Source: an uncultured virus (IMG/VR IMGVR_UViG_3300013923_000004)
Lineage: Duplodnaviria; Heunggongvirae; Uroviricota; Caudoviricetes
Length of the DNA stretch: 64,000 nucleotides
Virus record (IMG/VR): IMGVR_UViG_3300013923_000004
Span: 1-64,000 of that record
Strand: one strand, 5' to 3'
Shown: positions 29,675 through 40,700 of the stretch, piece by piece
Layout of the letters: each line of letters begins with the position of its first letter
Position numbering within the stretch: position 1 is the first letter of the stretch
The notes under the pieces: model-generated
What the model was told of the DNA's origin: nothing
Databases searched by the model: none
The model's input: only the letters and a program-made list of their open reading frames with translations
Position numbers and translations under genes: made by a program

Positions 29675-30584
29675 TGAAGGAGTCCCCGCTGAAGAACCCG
29701 TAGTAGGAGTTATCGTTGCCACACTTCAGCAGCGTGACCACGTCCTCCTCCCCGTTGGTGAACGAGAGAACCGGTGCCATATTGTTGGCCCAGCGTATGT
29801 TTGTCGGCCACTTCACCTTGTTGCTGCCAGTGCCTTGGCGGAGGATGACAGTGAGCTGGCGTGCCTTGTCGGCAGCTCCTGAAACGGCAGATATCTCGAC
29901 GGTAGTAGTGACCTCTGTCAGGTTCAGCCTGAAAATCGAGGCGATGTCAGCGTCCAGAGTTACACTGCTGGCCGGCGTGAGGGACGCGAATTTGTATGTC
30001 GAGCTGAACGCTGCGCTTCCAAGCTGATTAGCGATATCCTGGAGGGCTGCTGCCGACGCGATGGCTGCAGCCATGTTGCTGTTCAGAGTGGCAATCGATT
30101 CTCGAACTTCGGCGACTGCCGCCACGCCGAGGTTGACCTGGTCAAGGCCAACGGCTACCTGATCCCTGGCCGCGAGGGCCTGCTCCTTGGCCTTCACCGT
30201 CTCAGCGAAAGATTGTTGGGCAGCGTTAGCTGAGATAGCTGCTGCGTCCGCCCTACCCGCTACAAAGGCCACATCAGTCGGCAAGGTCTGAGCGATCTCT
30301 GCCAAGTGGTTGTGCATCGTAACGACTTCGCCAGCCCTCGCTTCCGCGACCCCCGCAGCAGTTTCGGCCCTCGCGGCGTCCTCAGCTGACGATACATTCG
30401 ACTCCAGGATCGAATTGGCGGCGTCCTCTGCTCGTATAGCGGCCTGCCGAGCCTGCTCAACGGCGTCTTCCACCTGGTATGCCTGCCCCACTTCGGCAAG
30501 CGCCTTCACCCGTGATATCAGCACATCAACTTGGCGCGTGAGTTCAGTGGTCTTCGCTACGAAACCATCCAAGGGTCCGGACAT
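29667..30584 (-). CDS. Tail fibre or adaptor protein
   Basis: Ala-rich coiled coil with C-terminal beta domain. Confidence 0.65.
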   Translation of the reverse strand: MSGPLDGFVAKTTELTRQVDVLISRVKALAEVGQAYQVEDAVEQARQAAIRAEDAANSILESNVSSAEDAARAETAAGVAEARAGEVVTMHNHLAEIAQTLPTDVAFVAGRADAAAISANAAQQSFAETVKAKEQALAARDQVAVGLDQVNLGVAAVAEVRESIATLNSNMAAAIASAAALQDIANQLGSAAFSSTYKFASLTPASSVTLDADIASIFRLNLTEVTTTVEISAVSGAADKARQLTVILRQGTGSNKVKWPTNIRWANNMAPVLSFTNGEEDVVTLLKCGNDNSYYGFFSGDSFNA

Positions 30585-30587
30585 CAG

Positions 30588-31424
30588 TTAAATTCCTGTG
30601 AAGTCAGCGGTGAGCATGTTCCAGCGGCGGAGGATGCTGACATCCCCTCCCGGGTGCTGAGCCTTTCCAAACACTGCCACTGCTTCTAGGTAGGAGCGCG
30701 AGGCCCCTGAGAACCCTATAACGAGCACTGCGGAGCCGTGCTGATCAGTGTGTCCCATGTCCATCTGCGTGTTGACGTTGCCCATGGAGGAGATCATCAC
30801 CCCTTTGGTTGAATCGCCGAAGCCCCATACATGCCGACCTTTGGCCAGAACATAGTCGTAGTCAATGTCCCCGTCGTCGTTGTACCGAGGCAGCCAGTAG
30901 GCCCCCACGTTGTAGTGACGGGTGAAGTCCCTCAGTTCCCAGGCTGACATCAGGCCTTGAAACTTGACGACTGGCCAAGCGCTGTCGTATGCGATTTTTC
31001 CTAGCTTGTCGAAAATGCGTAGCCCGTATTCGTCATAGCCGTTGTCCCCTGCCAGCCCGAACCCGCAGACTTTGTACTCCCAGCCGGTGTCATACCCTAT
31101 TGGCAGGGCACCCCCCGCCTGCAGGAATACATCCCTCACGACCAAGATACAGAAGCCCGTCCAGTTGCCCGGCCCGCCTCGGTGGCAGAACAGTCCAAGA
31201 CCAGCGCTGGTGTACGCCTCGCCGGTAGGGACTGCGAACACCATAGGTGGCACAGTGGATGTAACTGGCTCCGGGTAAAAGATTTGGCAAAAGCCATAAG
31301 CGCGCGCGGAATCGGCAGGGCGATGAGTCACTACGAGTTTGCCCTTCCACGCCTGGGTCATAATCGGAACTTCGTCGCTGATAAGCAGATTGCCCTTGTT
31401 CCCTCGAACAGAAAACCCGTACAT
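30588..31424 (-). CDS. Tail tip accessory protein
   Basis: Repeated YGF/YGLRIFD modules typical of genes following J. Confidence 0.6.
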   Translation of the reverse strand: MYGFSVRGNKGNLLISDEVPIMTQAWKGKLVVTHRPADSARAYGFCQIFYPEPVTSTVPPMVFAVPTGEAYTSAGLGLFCHRGGPGNWTGFCILVVRDVFLQAGGALPIGYDTGWEYKVCGFGLAGDNGYDEYGLRIFDKLGKIAYDSAWPVVKFQGLMSAWELRDFTRHYNVGAYWLPRYNDDGDIDYDYVLAKGRHVWGFGDSTKGVMISSMGNVNTQMDMGHTDQHGSAVLVIGFSGASRSYLEAVAVFGKAQHPGGDVSILRRWNMLTADFTGI

Positions 31425-31432
31425 ACGGCTCC

Positions 31433-31828
31433 TTACTCGTAGGCCATGACGTAGATGAAAAGGGCGAGATTGACGTACCCATCAGTCGGCCCAAGGTCGA
31501 GGACTACTGCGCCGTCTTGCACTGTGGCTGTAGGCATCCCTGCTTCAACCGGGTCAGTTATATTGCCGAACCCCCAGTGGCGGTCATGAAGGTCCATCCC
31601 CGCTCCGTAAGACTCCATCGGAGAAAGCACGGCAAACATACCTGCCCTGACTGCACTGGACATTGGCACAGTGATGTACCGCTGCTCCGCCGGTAAATAG
31701 CGTGACCAGTATTTGATGCCCTCCCCGTGTTTGAACGAGGTGGCCTCGACAAGACGTACGGTGTAAGCGTCTGGATCGAGCACCGTTACCCCAGACGGGC
31801 TCACCAGCTTTAATCCGAACAGTTCCAT
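31433..31828 (-). CDS. Tail tip accessory protein
   Basis: FGLKL..PSG..VLD N-terminus; coupled to J. Confidence 0.6.
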   Translation of the reverse strand: MELFGLKLVSPSGVTVLDPDAYTVRLVEATSFKHGEGIKYWSRYLPAEQRYITVPMSSAVRAGMFAVLSPMESYGAGMDLHDRHWGFGNITDPVEAGMPTATVQDGAVVLDLGPTDGYVNLALFIYVMAYE

Positions 31829-34800
31829 TATGTCAGCCTCCCTAGCTGCACTCTTAGGCGGCCGGTGGCGTCGAACACGCTGATCGTCTGGTTGGTCTGA
31901 ACCAGCTGCCCCTGCCCGGCGCTAGATCCGTTGATCTCGAATACACCGGACCTAGACAGCCGCCAACCCTGGGCCCCGGGGATGTAGTTGTCCGATTGCA
32001 GGGAGTCGGCGATCTTCGCCATGGTTATTGATGCGTCGCGGATCAGGGCGTCGCGTATGACGGTGACGCCGTCCTCTACAGCAAAGGCAAGGGTGTAGTC
32101 GCCCGCGTAGGGGTTGTAGATGTAGAACCGGTCGGCGATCGCACCGATTTCTGCGACCTCTTTGTTTACCGAGATCCCGAAAACGGCTTTTTTGCCGTTC
32201 ACAGTTACTGTGGTTACAGCTCTGGAGACGGCGCCATCTGTGTATGCTTGGGTGGCGTAGGTCTGAGAGATGGAGGCAAACTGGTCGCCTACGGACGATT
32301 CCAGCTGGGTTACCTTGGTAGCGAGCGCCTCCGCTGTGGTGGCCAGGGCGGTCTCTACCGTCTTCACCCGTGATGATATGTTCTCGCCTACCGATGCCTC
32401 CAGGTGACCCATGCGCTGCGACAGAGCCGAGGTCTCGGTAGCCCTGGTGGTTTCCTCGACGGACATCCGCGAGGTGATATTGGTGTCCAACGTGTGAAAG
32501 CTGGACTCCAAAGCGGCAGTACGGTTGAGCAGCGCTTGCTCAGCTGTGACGAGGGCCAGCGAGTTTTCCTGAATCGCTGCTTTGTTATCCCCTGCTGTTG
32601 CGGTAACCGTGTCTATCCGGGAACCGAGGATTCCATCCTCAAGTTCGCGGGTAGCCTTCTCGGTAGCCACCAATGCGGAGAAACCTTCTGTGTTAGTGGC
32701 AACTGCTGCAAGCTGAATCGACTGCTGCGCGTCTGAAAGCGCGAGGTCGGTTAATCCATTCTCTGAGGCAGTCAGCCGGGGTACGAGGCTCTTCGCTGCA
32801 TCGACCGCAGCCTGCGCATCCTCGGACGCCTTCGTAGCCATCGCAACGGCCTGGTCGATCTCACTTCCTAGCTCACCAGTGATCTGATCGAACAGCCCAC
32901 CTTCCTTTCTGATGTCTTCGTCGATCGCACTGACGATGTCGTCGAAGTTGCGAAGCGTCTTCGCCTGGGCAGGGAACCAGTCCGAGTGGCCGTAAATGTT
33001 GGCGCCTCGGATGTAGTAGAAGTAGGTCGTATCAGGGCGCAGCCCAGCGTCGACCATGTTCGTTGAAAGCGTAACCCTCGACGCGTTGTCGAGGATTTGC
33101 TCGGTCGATAGCGCGACGTCGCTGCGCCAGAACTCATACAGCTGGCCCGGGTATAGGTTCCGGGGGGTCATCGCTACAGAGAACGTCGCCGTCTTGATGT
33201 CTACTGAATCTGGAGGCGCTGGCAGTAGTAGGCCTGCCGCGTTGACCGTCAGGTTTACCCACTCCGAGCGACGGTTGCTCGAAACGGCCCTGACCCGGAC
33301 CAGCCATTCGCCTGGATCCGTGTCCAATTCGTCGAACGACAGAGCCGGGCCACTATAGGCGGTACGGTAAGTCATTTCGCCAGGACCCATCACCTCAACC
33401 TGGTAGGACTCAACACGCACGTCGCGGCTCGCGGACCAGCTGATAGTCATGCCCTGGTGATCAGCTCCCCCCGCCAGGTATTTGAACGGCCGGACGCTGA
33501 GGTCAGACGGCGGGGACACCGGGCCGCTTGGGATAAAGCTGACCGGAGTGTCCGGTAGAATCAGGTCACGCTCGACCCGGTTGTACTTTGTCGGGTCGTG
33601 CTCAGTGGCGGTGACCTTGTACTCGAGCTTTTCCGAGTCCTCCGAAACTGCGGTGACGCGGTAGATCGGCAGGGTGACGGACAGGCTTGTCAGCACCCAG
33701 ACGGCGCCTCGCAGGGGGACCGCGCTGAGTGGCTCCTGTAGGGTGACCTCGTCACCGGAAAACGAGAGCACCTGCCGGCGCTCGATCTGGCCGGTCGGCA
33801 TCGTGACACTCAGGAACCATGTGTCACTAGAGGTCTGGGCAGGCACCTTGTCCAACGTCAGCGTCTTGGAGCCAGGCACCATGACGCGCCCGCCCATCCT
33901 TGCACCGGCCTGGTCAGGGTCCGCAATCTCGATAAAATCGCCCGGCCTGAGGTCCGCATGGTCCATCGAAGCCGTGTAATTGACGGTCTGGGTCTCTGAG
34001 CGCTCGGAGTACAGAATCCACTTTCCTAGCCGACGCGCCTGCCCGCGGGAGGTGCAGCCCAGCGCGGTAACCTGCGTCTCGCGCCAACCGAACAGTTCAA
34101 TGCTGTCGGGATCTTCAACAAACTCAGGTTTTTGGCGGTAGTTGTCGTCGGGATCGTTCCACATCACGATCGCAACGGAGTGCCGCTCGCGCAGTGATGT
34201 ACCGCTGTACTCGAACTCCCCGTTGACCACGTTGGCCGGGGTGACCAGTTTTACCGGGTCGGCGGGCATGTCGGCCACCGGGACGAGGCTGTCCGACCCC
34301 CAGTAGCACATGCCGCGGAACACCGAAGCGAGGTCAGCCAGGACATTGATTGCATCCCGGCGCTCAGCAAAAACCGTATTGATCGTGAAGCGCGGCTCCA
34401 TACCGCCGTAGCCGTCTGGCACCAGCTCGTCGCAGTAGCGGCCGATTTGGTACAGGGCCCATTTGTCTACGTTCTTCACGTCGGCGCCGATCACCGGGTC
34501 CGTCGCCAGGTCGTAGAAAGCCCAGGCAGGATTGTCCGTCCAGGCCCTCTTGAACTGGCCATCCCAGAGGCCGGTGTACGTCCTGGTCAACGGGTCGTAA
34601 TTACTCGGCACCCGAATAATGCTGAGTTTCACATCGTACGATCGGCTCGGCATCGACGAGCCGAACAGCGAGGCGTCCAGTTCGATGCCTACGAGAGCGC
34701 TATCCGGGTAGCTCAGCTTCGTATCGACGATCTCGACCATGCTGGTCCAGGCAACTTTGTCGACGATCCGAGAGCTTTCACTGTCGGGCGTGACTCGACG

Positions 34801-35382
34801 GACCCGAATATCGAACGGCGCGGTGCCAGTGAGCGGCACTCGGATGGATTTCTGGTAAGCGGAATTCGTCTTGCCTGCAATGGTGTTCAACGCCGCAGGC
34901 GTCCAGTCGCCGTTCCCGGACCTGACATCGATCCCGATCGTCACAGACGTACCCTTGACGTCGCCGTTCCCAGCGTCCGTTTTTGAGAGGCCCTGGAGCT
35001 GAACGGTTACCACTACCGCGTCGACCTCAGGATTTGTGGTCGATCGAACAATCGGATTCGCCGCCGTGACTTCGGCAGAAACGCTGATGGTGTTTTCTAC
35101 GGCAGGGAATCCCGGTATGTAATCCTGGTCGGGGTAGCCGTTGCGGGTATGGACGGTGACACCTTCGAAATTGAAGGTGCCATCCGGATTCTGCAGCGGG
35201 GTGTCGTCGAGGAAGATCGACTGCAGGCCGTTTACCAGCCCGTGGATCGGGCCGTGGGCGATAAGGTCGAGAATGCGCCCCTTGGAGACACTACGGAGCG
35301 TGTTCGGATCTTCTCGCGGCGTGCGCTGTTTGGACGATCCGCCACCGCCACCGCCTGCCCCGTGGATAGTCAGGTCAGTCAC
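31828..35382 (-). CDS. Tail tip/host-specificity protein (lambda J-like)
   Basis: WTDNPAW, YCDELV, EPRFT, GCTSRGQA; C-terminal RLRVQLGRL; GTG start with GAGGAG RBS. Confidence 0.93.
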   Translation of the reverse strand: MTDLTIHGAGGGGGGSSKQRTPREDPNTLRSVSKGRILDLIAHGPIHGLVNGLQSIFLDDTPLQNPDGTFNFEGVTVHTRNGYPDQDYIPGFPAVENTISVSAEVTAANPIVRSTTNPEVDAVVVTVQLQGLSKTDAGNGDVKGTSVTIGIDVRSGNGDWTPAALNTIAGKTNSAYQKSIRVPLTGTAPFDIRVRRVTPDSESSRIVDKVAWTSMVEIVDTKLSYPDSALVGIELDASLFGSSMPSRSYDVKLSIIRVPSNYDPLTRTYTGLWDGQFKRAWTDNPAWAFYDLATDPVIGADVKNVDKWALYQIGRYCDELVPDGYGGMEPRFTINTVFAERRDAINVLADLASVFRGMCYWGSDSLVPVADMPADPVKLVTPANVVNGEFEYSGTSLRERHSVAIVMWNDPDDNYRQKPEFVEDPDSIELFGWRETQVTALGCTSRGQARRLGKWILYSERSETQTVNYTASMDHADLRPGDFIEIADPDQAGARMGGRVMVPGSKTLTLDKVPAQTSSDTWFLSVTMPTGQIERRQVLSFSGDEVTLQEPLSAVPLRGAVWVLTSLSVTLPIYRVTAVSEDSEKLEYKVTATEHDPTKYNRVERDLILPDTPVSFIPSGPVSPPSDLSVRPFKYLAGGADHQGMTISWSASRDVRVESYQVEVMGPGEMTYRTAYSGPALSFDELDTDPGEWLVRVRAVSSNRRSEWVNLTVNAAGLLLPAPPDSVDIKTATFSVAMTPRNLYPGQLYEFWRSDVALSTEQILDNASRVTLSTNMVDAGLRPDTTYFYYIRGANIYGHSDWFPAQAKTLRNFDDIVSAIDEDIRKEGGLFDQITGELGSEIDQAVAMATKASEDAQAAVDAAKSLVPRLTASENGLTDLALSDAQQSIQLAAVATNTEGFSALVATEKATRELEDGILGSRIDTVTATAGDNKAAIQENSLALVTAEQALLNRTAALESSFHTLDTNITSRMSVEETTRATETSALSQRMGHLEASVGENISSRVKTVETALATTAEALATKVTQLESSVGDQFASISQTYATQAYTDGAVSRAVTTVTVNGKKAVFGISVNKEVAEIGAIADRFYIYNPYAGDYTLAFAVEDGVTVIRDALIRDASITMAKIADSLQSDNYIPGAQGWRLSRSGVFEINGSSAGQGQLVQTNQTISVFDATGRLRVQLGRLT

Positions 35383-35956
35383 CGGCGTACTCCTCGGCGA
35401 AGATGCCAGCACTCACCACGATGCTGCCGGACCGCACCCGGCCGTAACCGCGAGGAACTGCGCCCCCCTGCTTCGACTGGTTGGTGGGGCCATCGAACAG
35501 ATACGAGGCCTTCTCCTCCGGCCGCTCTGGTCCGCTCTCAACGCCTGGAATCTTGGTCGTCATCATCACGATGCCGCTGAGCGCCAGGCCTGCGCCTGCA
35601 GCGCCTACCATCAGTGCCGTACCAGCTGCCCACCCCATTGGGTTCCACCACGCAACCGCGATGATGATGATCCCAAGCACGATGTTCATGCTGCCGCTGT
35701 TGGCGCCTTCGATTGCTGGGATGAAGTGAATCTCCTGTTGCCGTCCAAGCGAAAGCGAGAGGCCTTCTTCACTCACCGAGTCCGCCTCTTCCAGGGGGCC
35801 GCGGACGATATGCCAGGCGCCTTTCTTTATCGCCTCGGTAAAGCCGGGAAGCTGTACACCAAGAGCTCGGACTGTCTCGGCCGGGCTTTCGATCTCTAAC
35901 TCGAATTCCCGGCCGAACTTCTCTCCCAGGTGACCGTGCAGGAAGATCTTCTTCAA
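35375..35956 (-). CDS. Tail assembly protein I-like
   Basis: LHGHLGEKFGR, SYLFDGPTN, VPRGYG. Confidence 0.88.
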   Translation of the reverse strand: MKKIFLHGHLGEKFGREFELEIESPAETVRALGVQLPGFTEAIKKGAWHIVRGPLEEADSVSEEGLSLSLGRQQEIHFIPAIEGANSGSMNIVLGIIIIAVAWWNPMGWAAGTALMVGAAGAGLALSGIVMMTTKIPGVESGPERPEEKASYLFDGPTNQSKQGGAVPRGYGRVRSGSIVVSAGIFAEEYAGD

Positions 35957-36669
35957 CCGACATACCTCAGCCAGTGGGTGATGTGCTTGTAGTAGCGAAA
36001 CAGCGGCTCACGAACGGACAGCCTGCTGTCGTCCACCGGCCGGCGGGAGCCGAGCTGGTGGAGGATCAGGTCGTTCTCGAGGAGAATTCCGCCGTGGCAG
36101 ACTACGGCTGTGTGGATCTGGGCTAGCCAGACGTCGCCAGGTCTTGCGTCCTCCGCGTCGACTCGAATGAAGCCAGCGGAGGCAAACCCCTCGATGAACA
36201 GGTTTTGGCTGTTCTCCCACCACCCCCAGTCCCGCGGAAATTCCGGCAGCTCGACGCCTCGATCAATCTCAAAGCAGTCCTTGATCAGCGTGTAGCAATC
36301 AGAAATTCCGTGGCGGAACTTGCGTCCGATGAGGGGCTGCTTCGGGACTCCCCTACCCCACCAGGCGATGCGCGAGGACGCTACCCCGTCAGTGCTCAGG
36401 ACGCCCCACGGCACTGCGGTGTTGATCTGCCCTTGCATATCCGCCGCGGAGGGTGCGGCGACTCCGCCGGGGTGACTGTGCACCACTGCCAAAAGACCCT
36501 CGGCCATAGCCCGGCGGGAGTCCGCCTCGCTGATGGAGAAGTAGTGCTGAGGATTCTCGTGGGTATTCACGGCCTGACGGCAGCCTGCGGAGGTGATCAG
36601 CCAGACCCCCTCGAATGGGTAGGCCTCTGCGGCCTGCTGCATGATCTGAGCTTCGAATTCTTCGAACAC
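35953..36669 (-). CDS. Tail assembly protein K-like (JAB plus NlpC/P60)
   Basis: VHSHP..PSAAD, DCYTL, HGGI..HQL. Confidence 0.9.
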   Translation of the reverse strand: MFEEFEAQIMQQAAEAYPFEGVWLITSAGCRQAVNTHENPQHYFSISEADSRRAMAEGLLAVVHSHPGGVAAPSAADMQGQINTAVPWGVLSTDGVASSRIAWWGRGVPKQPLIGRKFRHGISDCYTLIKDCFEIDRGVELPEFPRDWGWWENSQNLFIEGFASAGFIRVDAEDARPGDVWLAQIHTAVVCHGGILLENDLILHQLGSRRPVDDSRLSVREPLFRYYKHITHWLRYVG

Positions 36670-36670
36670 G

Positions 36671-37375
36671 TCAGATCCTCGCTACGCCGGGAAACCCGTA
36701 GAACGGGAGTACCGCATTGCTGCCGAAGTGCCGCTTGCAATCGCTTACCCGCTTCCCGCACTTGGCCTCGGCCGGGTTTCCGGTTGGCTCGCCGTTGACC
36801 TTGTACATCGCGTCGCCGGCGTATGGGCACGTCACCCCGTCGTAGTTCCAGCGGCCATTAGCCCAGTACCTGAAGCGGTGAGAGCAGGCGTCCCGCAAGA
36901 CCTGGCGGTTGGGGATCATGCGCCCCTGTTGGTCCATCTTCGCGGACAGCTCGAATTGGATTTGCGTGCGGCGCTGGGCGACCTTCCGTTCGACCACGTA
37001 ATAGTCCGGCGGGAAGATCGCTTCCGGGTTGGGTGTGGCCCCGTCGTCAAGGTACTTCCTGTAGGTGCGGATACGGGTCACCGGACACCCAACCAAGTCG
37101 TCCGAGCTCACAACGAGGCTGAGGAAAACCAGGTCCCTGGACGCCATTGTCAGCGTCGGACGGGGGATAGTGCCGCTGCCGGTGAAGGAGAACCCCTCCG
37201 CCTTGATGGGCAGCGGCGTGTACTGATGGCCGTTGAATACTGGCCCGTGCCCATCCACGACCGTGTTCGAGAAGCGCAGAAGGTCGCTGCCAAACCGGCG
37301 CGCATCGAGTTCGAACAGGGTGACGATCGCGTCCTGCTCCAACCGCTGTACGTCTGTTGCGATCAGCTCGCTCAT
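36671..37375 (-). CDS. Minor tail protein L-like
   Basis: CGKRVSDCKRHFG, FYGFPG. Confidence 0.92.
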   Translation of the reverse strand: MSELIATDVQRLEQDAIVTLFELDARRFGSDLLRFSNTVVDGHGPVFNGHQYTPLPIKAEGFSFTGSGTIPRPTLTMASRDLVFLSLVVSSDDLVGCPVTRIRTYRKYLDDGATPNPEAIFPPDYYVVERKVAQRRTQIQFELSAKMDQQGRMIPNRQVLRDACSHRFRYWANGRWNYDGVTCPYAGDAMYKVNGEPTGNPAEAKCGKRVSDCKRHFGSNAVLPFYGFPGVARI

Positions 37376-37414
37376 CTTCTACCGCTCTGCAAAGGTCCTC
37401 GAACCTTAACGCAA

Positions 37415-37438
37415 ACCTGTATTTATGTAAATACAGGT
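37415..37438. promoter_or_regulatory. Dispersed motif copy as a perfect 11-2-11 inverted repeat
   Basis: ACCTGTATTTA-TG-TAAATACAGGT between M and L. Confidence 0.75.
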
Positions 37439-37788
37439 CATATGGGGTTGAAATCGCGCTTGAAGGTTGTCCGCAGCGCGTAATCGTTGTAGTCGTTGTA
37501 GGTCAGCGAAACCGCAGTGCACAAAACCTGGATCTGCTCACCGCTGATTGGGTGAACCCAGAGAAACGCCTTCAGGTTTTTCCTTTGGCGCAGCCATTGG
37601 TAGGTCGCTTCGGCAGTGTCCTTATCCAGCGACGACCATGCCGGGCTCCAGGAGTCTCGCAAGTAATTGATCCCCTCCGGCTGCCGGAGCATGTACCCAT
37701 CTCCGAATTGCACCTGCGTTACCGCAGCCTCGGGGTCATCGTCGGCAAAGCCCCAGTCCGGGGCGCCAATGTCCGGGAAATTCTCCAT
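37438..37788 (-). CDS. Minor tail protein M-like
   Basis: QFGDGY..R..GIN, AFLWVHP; TGATG overlap with the tape measure gene. Confidence 0.88.
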   Translation of the reverse strand: MENFPDIGAPDWGFADDDPEAAVTQVQFGDGYMLRQPEGINYLRDSWSPAWSSLDKDTAEATYQWLRQRKNLKAFLWVHPISGEQIQVLCTAVSLTYNDYNDYALRTTFKRDFNPI

Positions 37789-40700
37789 CAGGCTTTCCTC
37801 TGCTGCTTGATCCAAGTGTCCAAAGTGCCGCCTGGCCGCATCTCGTTACGCATGGTCGCTACCACTGACGTTTTCAAGGTCTCAGCCAGCTCGCGCGCTT
37901 TCGCCTCGCTTTCTTTGGTGCTGCCGCCGGAGGAGTCCCCACCAGCCTCGACGGTGATGTGAGGTGCCAGCGTGATATTGAACTCCTGACCACTGCCGAG
38001 CTTCTTCGCGGACTTCTCCCGGCCGGTCACATTGGCCGGGCCGTGCACGATCTCCGGGCCGTACTCACCGACAATGCCGTAGGAGTTGTAGGGGATGAAG
38101 CCGCCGTCATCGTAGGCACCGGAGTAGGTAGATCCGCCGCCCTTTCCTGAGACCTGGGCGATCGCCAGGCCCCCTACCAGGGCGGCAGATGCGTAGCCCT
38201 GCGCAGTGATCAGGGAGGCCAGCGGGATGCCCATCACCTTGGTGAAGTCGCCCGGGATCGCCATGGCTTGGGCAGCCGCCAAGTGGGTGTACATGAGGAT
38301 CTGAGCCACCGCGAGCGCTTTCTGCGCGACGAATGCAGCCTTCTGCGCGGTGGTGGCATCCTCTCCGACGCTGGCAAACATACCGAGGATGTTCTGGGCC
38401 GACCCGAGCATCGAGATCATCACCATCTGGCCCATCTGCTCGCTGTAGTCCGCACGCGCCTTGTCAATCGCCATGCTGGCCTGGCCGAACTGCTCATGAG
38501 CGGCCAACAGCGCGGAATTCTTCTCCTGCTCGAGCTGTTTCAGTCGCTCCGCATGTTCGCTACGCTGCAGCATCTCAGCGTCCAGCGCGGCCTGCCTTAC
38601 TTCAAACTCTCGGTTGATCCGGTCGACGTCGTTCTCGTAGCCGGTGAACAGGTCGTCCTTGCGTTTACCAAACTGCTGGAATCCCTGGGCCCGCTCGATT
38701 TCAGTGTTCATCCAGTCGGTGAACGGCGTCGACGATGCCTCGCCGAGCTGCAGGTTTGCCTTCGGCAGCCCGTTGGTGGCGCTCTCGACGGCCCGCTCTT
38801 TGATCGACTCCTTGATCCGCTTGTACTCGGCCAGGGAGACGTTGTTCTCCTTGAGCAGGCGGTTCAGTTCATTCATGTCGTCCAGCGTTTCTGAGAACGG
38901 CGAGTCCAAGTAGGAATCGCGGAGTTTCTCCAGTGACTGGTAGTTGTTGTTTTGCTCAATCGCCAGCTCGTAGTGGGCCTTTCGCAGTTGCCAGATAGCC
39001 TTCGCTTTTTGCTCGGCAGTGATCTTGCCGTGCTTATGCAACAGCTCTAGCTGCTTGGTCTTCTCATTGACCTCTTCCAAAGAGGCGCTAAGGGGGTCGG
39101 CCTGCTTGCGCAGTGCGTCGTAGCTCGACTGAGCCTGCTTCAGGTTCCGCTCGAGCTCGGCTTCAGTTTCGGACTTACGCGGCTTGGTCCCTGGCTTGGT
39201 TCCTGGCTTGTTGATGCGCTCCTGCAGCGAGTCGATGCGTTGGCGAAGTTCGAGTTCACGCTTGAGCCGCTCCGACTCTGCCACGGACGCCTCTGCGCCG
39301 AGCTGGCCACCCTCCGCGATCAACTGGTTGTTGATCACCCGCATCAACATGATGTCTTCGAGATCCTGCTTAAGGACGTCGAGGTTCTCAGCATCAGTGC
39401 GGTAGTAATCCTCGAGCGCGCGGCGGGCGTCGGCAAGCGTCTGGGCCTCGGTGTCGGCCTCGGCCTCCAGCTCAGCGATCTGCTTTGAGACCTCGGCCCG
39501 CTTGTCGCTCAGCCGGTTGTAGGTGTCCTGACCTGGGCGCGCAGTTCCCGCTTCAATAGCGGCCTTGTCCTGCGCGGCCAGTTCACTGATCTCTCGCTCC
39601 ACCCGCAACAGTTCGCCGCGCGCGGTGGCGAGTTTCTGGGTGGCGCTGGCGTCCTTCTCCAGTTGTTTGGCCAGGGCCTCTTGATCTTGCTTGGCTGCGT
39701 CCGCCGAAGATATTTCAGCCAGGGAGACGAGGTTCTCCTTCACCTCGGCGATCTTCGCATTGGTCGATGCCGCCGCGGTCAGCGCGCTTCTCCAGGCCGC
39801 CTCAGCTTTTTTCAGCCCGTCCATATCTTGCACGGTGGCCGTGCCGGACGCGGCCTTGGCGTCGAGGTCGGCTTTGGCAGCCAGGTACTGCTCGTAGGTC
39901 TCCACCACTTTCTGGGCGGCAGTGATCTGGTCTTCCTGAACCCGGACAGCGTCCAGCGCCGAACTTCCCATCTCGGACAGCTTCTTGTTCGTAGCATCGA
40001 TGTGCTTTTCGAACTGGGTGATCTGATAGGTGTTCGCCTCGACCATGGCCTGGAGCGAGTCGCGGGTGGCTTGATCGAGCCCAGCGCCCTTGGAGTTGAG
40101 GGTCGCCTGGATGGTCGCGTTGCGCTCGCGGAGCTGGTCGATACTCAGCTTGTCGGCCTTGACGTTCCCCCGCAGGGCTTCCCTCTCTTTCTCAAGGGAG
40201 ACCTTCTTCATTTCCTCCTTGAGCTGCTCGTAGCTGGACTTGAGGTTATCCACCTCTCCACGCTGGTCGATGATGTCCTGGCGCGCGTCGGAGCCGAAGG
40301 CAGCCTTCCCAGCCTCGTAGATGCCCCATAACAGTCCTACCCAACCCAGCGCCTTGGAGAGTGCACCAACGGCCACGGAAAGGCCGCCCAGCGCTGCCGT
40401 AGCGCCCCTGGCTGTGCTACCGACGACAGTCAGGCTGGCTGCCAGCGGGTGGTTGGCAGCGTACTGCAGTCGAGCGGAGGCAGCGGCCTTCAGCGATGCG
40501 GCGTCGAATGCCCTTACGCCGACTGCTGCCGACCCCGCTTTGGCCTTGAGCACGTCGTACACGGTGCCCAGCTTGCCCATGTCGCTGGCCAAGGCCCCGA
40601 CGAGATTGCTGCCGACTGTCGCCACTTTGAAGGCGACGAACCCGGCTCCCAGCATTCCTATGACCCTGGCAAGACTCTCTGCTCGCTGAAGGATCATGTC

